Assembly (NCBI GenBank): GCA_031459875.1
Contig: JAVKHQ010000003.1
Span: 73,144 to 137,143 of the forward strand
Length of the DNA stretch: 64,000 nucleotides
Direction: 5' to 3'
From: Candidatus Fervidifonticultor sextus
Lineage (GTDB): Bacteria > Sysuimicrobiota > Sysuimicrobiia > Sysuimicrobiales > Humicultoraceae
Numbering within the stretch: position 1 is the first letter of the stretch; every line of letters starts with the position of its first letter. Shown here one piece after another: positions 58,523 through 64,000 of this stretch. Under the pieces are notes generated by a model that saw only the letters and a list, made by a program, of their open reading frames with translations, was not told the DNA's origin and did no database searches. A program made the position numbers and the translations under genes.

Positions 58523-58929
58523 TGCGGGTGGTGCCGGACACGAACGTGCTGGTGTCGGCAATCGTGTCCGGCGGTCTACCAGGTCGGCTGATCGAACTCG
58601 CTGCTGCAGGCCGCCTGCAGGTGGTGCTCTCACCGGCACTGATCGAGGAACTACGGGAGGTCCTCCGCAGGAAGTTCGGCTTCTCCGATGCTGCGGCCTA
58701 CCGGGCCGAAACCCTCCTTCGCGCGATCAGCACGGTGGTGGAACCGCCGCAGGAGGTCACGCTCATCGTCGACGACCCGGAAGACAACGGCGTGCTGGAG
58801 GCAGCACTTACGGGCGACGCAGAGGTGATTGTGTCCGGCGACCGCCATCTGCTCGAGTTGGGGACATTCGGCAAGATTCCGGTTCTAAGTCCGCGAACAC
58901 TACTCAAGAGCATCCAGTCTGGCAGCTAG
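58522..58929 (+). CDS. PIN-domain ribonuclease toxin (VapC-like)
   Basis: PIN acidic residues (VVPDTNVL..., ...DDPEDN..., ...SGDRHL). Start overlaps the antitoxin stop by 1 nt. Confidence 0.8.
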   Translation: MRVVPDTNVLVSAIVSGGLPGRLIELAAAGRLQVVLSPALIEELREVLRRKFGFSDAAAYRAETLLRAISTVVEPPQEVTLIVDDPEDNGVLEAALTGDAEVIVSGDRHLLELGTFGKIPVLSPRTLLKSIQSGS

Positions 58930-58942
58930 TCGCCGTTAGGCC

Positions 58943-59482
58943 TCAGGGATTCCGGGGTGCCGCAGTCGCCCGGCTCGTGGCGACCTCCCTGCCGCGGCGG
59001 ACCGCCACCTCGACCGTGACTCCTCCCCCGGCTTCCTGCAGGGTCACACGTTCCACGCCGGTGGCCATGACCCGTGACTCCCGGGGCGCGACCCGCCCGA
59101 CGGGGTCTAAGGCGACGACCAGCCGCAGGACCTCCCGGCGCTCCGGGTGGTGAACGTAGACGATCCAGGGCGACCCGCCGTCGGCCGCCGTCGCCTCGCC
59201 AGCCGTGATCGCCAGCAGGGGATCGCCCCCGGGGACGGCGATCCGCGGCCGGATGGTCACGCTGGGGGCCTGGCTGGCATTGCGGACATCCCGCGCCATC
59301 ACCTCCACCAGGCCGGCCGCATGAGCCTGCGCCTCACGCAGATCGGTCCCGCGCCGCCAGGTCGAGAGGCTGGCCACGAAGAGCGAGCCGACCAGGGCCA
59401 TGACGACCGACGCCAGGGCCAGGGCGATGACCAGTTCGATGAGGGTGTAACCGGGAGGGCCGACGGTAGGGCGCCGCCTCAT
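58943..59482 (-). CDS. Prepilin-type N-terminal cleavage/methylation domain protein (type IV minor pilin / pseudopilin)
   Basis: Short basic leader MRRRPTVGPPG, then YTLIELVIALALASVVMALVG (Gly -1, Glu +5, hydrophobic helix). Confidence 0.7.
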   Translation of the reverse strand: MRRRPTVGPPGYTLIELVIALALASVVMALVGSLFVASLSTWRRGTDLREAQAHAAGLVEVMARDVRNASQAPSVTIRPRIAVPGGDPLLAITAGEATAADGGSPWIVYVHHPERREVLRLVVALDPVGRVAPRESRVMATGVERVTLQEAGGGVTVEVAVRRGREVATSRATAAPRNP

Positions 59483-59898
59483 TGTCCCACGAAGGCACAC
59501 GCGTTGGAGATGTAGCGCAGCGTCGAGAGCGTCACGCTGCGCTGCGCGCGCTCCTGCGTCCACGTCACCGTCACGGTGAGTTCCCACAGGTTGGTCCCGG
59601 GCCGCCGCTCGACGCGCACCTCCCGGCGGTAGCGGGCCAGGCGCGGGTCCTCGGGCTCGGGCGGGATGGACTGCCAAAACGACGACCCGCACGGGGCCGC
59701 GGTGAGCTTGGCCAGGGTCTCCTCGGCGAGGCTGGTGGCGGTGTTCATGCCGGCGGCCAGCGCGGCGGCGCGCAGGCCGATCCCGAAGGCGGAGAAGACG
59801 ATGATGGCCACCACCCCGAGCAGCATGGTGGCGATGAGGACCTCGAGGATGGTCATGCCTCGACCGCCGTGCGTGTTCTGAAAATCGGGAGATGTCAT
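59479..59898 (-). CDS. Prepilin-type N-terminal cleavage/methylation domain protein (type IV minor pilin / pseudopilin)
   Basis: Leader ...THGGRG, then MTILEVLIATMLLGVVAIIVF (Gly -1, Glu +5). Overlaps the downstream pilin start. Confidence 0.7.
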   Translation of the reverse strand: MTSPDFQNTHGGRGMTILEVLIATMLLGVVAIIVFSAFGIGLRAAALAAGMNTATSLAEETLAKLTAAPCGSSFWQSIPPEPEDPRLARYRREVRVERRPGTNLWELTVTVTWTQERAQRSVTLSTLRYISNACAFVGQ

Positions 59899-60222
59899 CT
59901 CAACCACGGGTAATTCTGGGTCGCGGGGCGTCCTCCCTGGCCGGTTTGGGCGGTGGCCGAGGCTGGCACGTGAGTCCCACAGGGGTGCCAGCAGCCCAAC
60001 CGGAGGAAACACGGGGGAGGATCCCCGCAGCGTTGCCGGAAGTTCCCGCCGACGAGTCGGCAGGTGAGGTGATTCGGAGCCAGATCTCCCAGGACAGAGT
60101 TTTGCGCGAAATCGCCGAACGTGGGCAGGAAACCGCGCGACATCATCGAACAGCCGATACCAAACAGGAGGACCAACGGGGTCGTACGACCGGCAACGGA
60201 TTTCCTTGAGGGAGGATGATCG

Positions 60223-61974
60223 ATGATTGTGCGAGGAGCGCACGTGTGGGTGCTCATTGCGATCGCCGCCATCACCACGCTGATCATTCCCGACTACCTG
60301 AATGTCGGCGCTTCCTCGCTGGGCGCTCCGCCCGCGCAGGCCCAGGGCGCCGCGCGGTCCGTGGGCCAGGGGACCGTCCAGCGGGCGACCCTGACCCCGG
60401 TCCGCAACGTCGCGGCCCTGGCGCCAGCGCCGAGGCTGTCGACCAGCCAGCGGGAAGCCATGATCCTCCGCAAACTGGAGATCCGCGAGCGCGTGGCGTT
60501 GCAGTCACCGCGCCCGGCGCGCGGCGAGGTGGGCCGCCTGACGGCCCCAGTGCCCGAGACGCGGCTCGCCCCGGCGCGCCTGCCGCACGGGAACCCGGCC
60601 GACTTCGTGATCGGCAACAACGTCCAGAACCCTCGGGCCAACGACCCCGCCTTGGGCAGCACCCTGGCCGAGCCGGCGGCGGCCAACAACGGCCGGCGAA
60701 TTCTGGCGGCGGGAAACTTCGACCACCTGGAATATTCGCTGAATACCGGGGCGACGTGGACAAACAAGCCCCTGCCGGCGGGCCCCTCCGACGCTCCCAA
60801 CGTCTGCTGCGACCACGACATCGTCTTCGACGACGCGCGGCGGGTGTTCTTCCACTCCACGTTGTACATCAACAGCGCCGTCACCAAGGGGATCGTCCGG
60901 GTCTTTGTCTACCGGGAGGTGGATGCGGCGGCGGCCTGTTTTTACGATCTGGACATCGCCGATATCGTGGCCCCGGGGACCAACATCCTGATGGACTACC
61001 CGCACCTGGGGCTCACGAACGAGTTCTTGTACCTGTCCACCAATGACATCCCGGCGGGCACCGGACCGGCGCAGGCCGCCCGGATGTGGCGGATCAGCAT
61101 CGACGACGTGGTGGACTGTGTCGGCACGACGCCCACCATCTACACGTGGCCCATGGACACAGAAGGCCAGCGGGTGTGGGTGCCGTCGCAGGGCACCAAC
61201 ACCCGGTCCAGCATGTACTGGGCCCACCAGGGACCGACGACCGCCGAGCTCCGCGTCTTCCGGTGGCGGGAGGCCGACGCCTCGCCCGAGAATGTGCTGC
61301 GGACGGTGGACGCCTCCACTTTCGGCGACCCCGACTGCCGCGGCGGGGTCAACAACACCGACTTCATCGGCGCCACCAACGGGGGCCCGTATGGGTTCCA
61401 ACTGCGCGGTGCGTTTGGCGACGGCCGCCTGCTCTTCATCTGGCAGGTGGCGGGTGACGCCTCGCACCCGCAGGGCCACCTGCACGCGGCCCTCTTCCGG
61501 ATCAACCCGCTGCCCGACGCCGCACCGTTCGACCCGGTGCTGATCGGCCAGCCGCACATCTGGAACCCCTCGGTCTGCTTCGGGTTCGGGCACCTGGCCG
61601 CCAACAAGCGGGGCGACTTCGGCCTGTCCATCGTCGCCGGCGGGCAGGCCGGGGGCGGGGGGAGCGCCGCGACCCCCTACGTGAGCCTCGACGACGACTA
61701 CAGCCCGGGCGGGCGGGACGGAGTCTTCGGGGTCCTCTACGGCCCCACTGTGGCGAGCACGCACAACCGCTCCGACGGCCGGTTCGGCGACTACTTCACG
61801 ACCCAGGTGTGGGAGCCGTGCGAGAAGTGGTTCCTGACCACCAGCTACGGCTACGTGGGCGGCAGCGCGCTGGCCAATGTGGACTCGCGCTACACGGAGT
61901 TCGGCCGCAACCGCGACTACAAGTGCTGGCGGAACTGGCGGTTCCGGCGGCCGGGTCCGTGGGACCTGCCGTAG
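60223..61974 (+). CDS. Secreted BNR/Asp-box repeat protein (sialidase/glycosidase-like beta-propeller, function unknown)
   Basis: N-terminal TM/signal segment and an Asp-box-like SLNTGATW; Trp/Tyr/Asn-rich composition typical of propellers. Lower GC than neighbours. Confidence 0.5.
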   Translation: MIVRGAHVWVLIAIAAITTLIIPDYLNVGASSLGAPPAQAQGAARSVGQGTVQRATLTPVRNVAALAPAPRLSTSQREAMILRKLEIRERVALQSPRPARGEVGRLTAPVPETRLAPARLPHGNPADFVIGNNVQNPRANDPALGSTLAEPAAANNGRRILAAGNFDHLEYSLNTGATWTNKPLPAGPSDAPNVCCDHDIVFDDARRVFFHSTLYINSAVTKGIVRVFVYREVDAAAACFYDLDIADIVAPGTNILMDYPHLGLTNEFLYLSTNDIPAGTGPAQAARMWRISIDDVVDCVGTTPTIYTWPMDTEGQRVWVPSQGTNTRSSMYWAHQGPTTAELRVFRWREADASPENVLRTVDASTFGDPDCRGGVNNTDFIGATNGGPYGFQLRGAFGDGRLLFIWQVAGDASHPQGHLHAALFRINPLPDAAPFDPVLIGQPHIWNPSVCFGFGHLAANKRGDFGLSIVAGGQAGGGGSAATPYVSLDDDYSPGGRDGVFGVLYGPTVASTHNRSDGRFGDYFTTQVWEPCEKWFLTTSYGYVGGSALANVDSRYTEFGRNRDYKCWRNWRFRRPGPWDLP

Positions 61975-62001
61975 TGACCCGGTAAGGCCTCGGTGGGACG
62001 C

Positions 62002-62029
62002 GGCGGGCGGCCCGGGCGGGCCGCCCGCC
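62002..62029. terminator. Perfect 12-bp GC hairpin between convergent genes (possible bidirectional terminator)
   Basis: GGCGGGCGGCCC, gggc loop, GGGCCGCCCGCC. It sits between the BNR-protein stop and the PilX-like stop. No U-tract. Confidence 0.3.
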
Positions 62030-62067
62030 GGCCCGCTCACCCGTCTGCGCGGGTCCGCCTGAGGGGG

Positions 62068-63492
62068 TCAGGGAACTTCCTCCCACGAGGCGACCCACGC
62101 CACCACCGGTTCATCGCCGGCCGCCCGCAGTCCCGGGGTGCCCAGCACCGCCGGATCGTAGCGGATCACCGCGCGCGCGCCCGTGTTCACGAAACTGAAC
62201 CCCCGGCCGCCGCCCAGGATAGCGCCCACAATGTCGGCGTCGGCGCCGGCGGTAAGTTCGAACACCTGTGTGAGGTAGATCAGCCCGTGCGCGCGCAGCC
62301 GGGCACCTCCGGCCAGCAGGAGTTCGCCCTTCTCCAACGCGACAATCGCCGGCAGGGTGCGCGTGGCCGTCGAGTGAGAGACCTCCAGGACGGCGTCGGC
62401 CTCCAGGTGGATCGGGCCTTCGGTTACCAGGGCGCCCTCGGCGATTTCTACCCCCTGGCCGCGCTGGAGGGCTACCCGCCCCCTGACATAGATGATCCCC
62501 TCGAGCCGGGACGTCCTCCGTTCCGCCCTGAGATAGCGGAGCAGGCGTTCGAATTCGTCTTCGCTGTAGAGGCTGTCCCTCTTCCGCTCGAGGGTGCCGT
62601 CGCCGGTGTACTTGCCCGCCGCCCGGTTGAGGTCAGCGTTGCCGGTGTTCGATGTGGCGCGGGCCTGGTAAAAGGCCCGATCCACTGTGGGCGGAGCGGG
62701 CAGGGTCTCGACCCGCACGACCGTGATCTCGTGGGGGAAGCCCATCGCCTGCAGACGACGCACGTCGAGGGGTTGAAAGATCTCGTCCACCCGGAGGTCC
62801 GCCGACGCGGCCAGGAGCAGGCGCAGCCCACCGGACTGCGGGATGGCGGGTGTGCTCCCGGTGGCGTTGGGGACGTCCGCCGGACCCGGACCGGTGACCG
62901 GCCGTGCAGAGGGGTCATTGATGGACACGCCGGCCGAGGCCATCCAGAGCCCGTCCCCCGCGGCGATGTGCACCCACGGCAGGCGGCCGGCCCCGGCCCC
63001 GTACGGAACGATATAGGTCGCCGCCGGCGGCTGCTCGAGGCGGACGATCGTGGCGCCGTAGAGCCCGGCCAGCAGGGCCCGCGAGGCCAGGGACACCCTG
63101 GCGCGCAGCCGCCGGGTCACCCCGCCGACGTCTCCGGTGCTGGTGATCAAGACCGCTCCCTCGGCCGACTCGGCAAGCGAGACCGTGAAGCGGGCGTTCT
63201 GGGAACCGACGGTGATGGCCTCCGAATAGGCCGCCGGGCGCCAGAGACGGCCGGGGGCGCGGCGGTCCGGGGTCACGGATTCCAGAATCGCCAGGGCCCG
63301 GTAGATGCCCGCTTCGGCGGCCGCGACGGCTGCCCTCGAACGGAGGCGATCGCCAGCGCGCGCCTGCTGCTGGTTCATGAACCAGATGAACGAGGCGGCC
63401 GAGCCCCCGACGATGAGCAGGACGATCAGGATGACGACCAGCGCCGCGCCGGAGTCCCCGCGGATGGAGCCGGAGGAAGGAGGAGGTCTCAT
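62068..63492 (-). CDS. PilX-N-domain-containing type IV pilus assembly / minor pilin-like protein
   Basis: N-terminal GDSGAALVVILIVLLIVGGSAASFIWFMNQQQARAGDRLRSRAAVAAAEAG matches the PilX_N pattern. Start at the internal Met; the ORF-table start adds 159 Arg/Ser/Pro-rich residues. Confidence 0.6.
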   Translation of the reverse strand: MRPPPSSGSIRGDSGAALVVILIVLLIVGGSAASFIWFMNQQQARAGDRLRSRAAVAAAEAGIYRALAILESVTPDRRAPGRLWRPAAYSEAITVGSQNARFTVSLAESAEGAVLITSTGDVGGVTRRLRARVSLASRALLAGLYGATIVRLEQPPAATYIVPYGAGAGRLPWVHIAAGDGLWMASAGVSINDPSARPVTGPGPADVPNATGSTPAIPQSGGLRLLLAASADLRVDEIFQPLDVRRLQAMGFPHEITVVRVETLPAPPTVDRAFYQARATSNTGNADLNRAAGKYTGDGTLERKRDSLYSEDEFERLLRYLRAERRTSRLEGIIYVRGRVALQRGQGVEIAEGALVTEGPIHLEADAVLEVSHSTATRTLPAIVALEKGELLLAGGARLRAHGLIYLTQVFELTAGADADIVGAILGGGRGFSFVNTGARAVIRYDPAVLGTPGLRAAGDEPVVAWVASWEEVP

Positions 63493-63592
63493 GGCCCGTT
63501 GTCTCAACGGGGCGGTATTCGGGTTCGGCCGGCCAATTCCTCGGTCTGCCAGGCAGGCGACTGCGTCAACCAGGTCGAACCCGCCCCATGCG

Positions 63593-64000
63593 ATGGGCCG
63601 GGCCGTCGACGTCGTCACCGTCCCTGATTTCGATGGCCCCGCGGCGGGGCGGTTCGAACTTTTTGCCCTCCTCTTCCTGGCCGCGTGGGTGGAACACAAA
63701 GGCGCCAGCCGGACCTGGCCGCTCCACCTGGCCTGCATCGGCGAGCCGCCGCCGTCGGTGCGCCGGCTGGCCGAGCAGGCCGGCGCGATGGTCACGGTCA
63801 GGGCCCCGCTGCTGCTCACCCCGGGCCGGACAAGCAACAAGCTCAGGGGCTTCGAAGTGGCCGCCGGGACCGGCCGGATCCTCCTGGTGGACACCGACGT
63901 CCTCATCCTGCGCGATCTCTCCCCGCTGGCCGACCTGGTCGGAGGGGGCCTCGGCGTCGGCCCGGCCACGGTGAATCACTTCCCGGAGCAGACCTGGCGG
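63593..64000 (+). CDS. Hypothetical protein, 3-prime truncated by the window edge (possible nucleotide-diphospho-sugar transferase-like)
   Basis: The frame stays open from the ATG at 63593 to the window end. The composition looks protein-like (ILLVDTDVLIL is DxD-like). It is not in the supplied ORF table because no stop falls inside the window. Confidence 0.35.
   Translation, partial: MGRAVDVVTVPDFDGPAAGRFELFALLFLAAWVEHKGASRTWPLHLACIGEPPPSVRRLAEQAGAMVTVRAPLLLTPGRTSNKLRGFEVAAGTGRILLVDTDVLILRDLSPLADLVGGGLGVGPATVNHFPEQTWR

Noticed and set aside
1-64000. tRNA, rRNA, CRISPR arrays, integrase/att sites
   Set aside because: No cloverleaf-compatible conserved tRNA features or rRNA-like stretches were seen in the few intergenic regions longer than 80 bp. 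No spaced repeat arrays. The only mobile element found is the IS481 copy.

Overview
This is a 64 kb window of roughly 70% GC, densely coded, and protein similarities suggest a high-GC Firmicutes-like genome (low-confidence inference). The YumC-type ferredoxin-NADP reductase, the fused homocysteine methyltransferase/methylenetetrahydrofolate reductase and the Mrp protein with an N-terminal DUF59 domain point that way. No rRNA, tRNA or CRISPR array was found.

Positions 1-23.2 kb are housekeeping. They hold the E2 tail and lipoyl synthase, a ferredoxin-NADP reductase, a MoeZ-rhodanese, two alcohol dehydrogenases, a cupin, IscA and Nfu, RtcB, an acyl-CoA dehydrogenase, the methyltransferase/reductase fusion, Mrp/ApbC, an aldehyde dehydrogenase, TPR and LptA-like proteins, a class I aldolase, an AroE-like dehydrogenase, a quinone oxidoreductase, a fused MoaD-MoaE, an M48 peptidase, a PHP hydrolase and an MNT/HEPN toxin-antitoxin pair.

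Positions 23.3-58.2 kb are a large cell-envelope glycan and glycolipid island. It holds a Wzx flippase, many GT2/GT4/GT39 and CgeB-like glycosyltransferases, two tandem Wzy/O-antigen-ligase-like proteins, two LpxB-like proteins, an MsbA-like ABC exporter, an LptD/OstA-like protein, Wzm/Wzt, WbaP, and nucleotide-sugar enzymes for GDP-fucose, UDP-GlcA/UDP-Xyl, an epimerase and two nucleotidyltransferases.

Inside the island is a lower-GC patch with decayed FkbM-methyltransferase paralogs. One copy is interrupted by an IS481-family insertion flanked by ACTAGG target duplications. The same patch has a duplicated 5-prime gene segment and a coiled-coil protein with a 3x63-bp repeat.

Positions 58.2-64 kb hold an RHH-PIN toxin-antitoxin pair, two prepilin-type pseudopilins, a BNR-repeat secreted protein and a PilX-like protein.

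Starts were refined from the supplied ORF track using Shine-Dalgarno-like motifs, ATGA/GTGA overlaps and homology-based N-termini. All product calls rest on motifs I can recognise by eye, with no database search. One hand-count near 4680-4740 was off by one base against the ORF table, so I used the ORF-table coordinates throughout.
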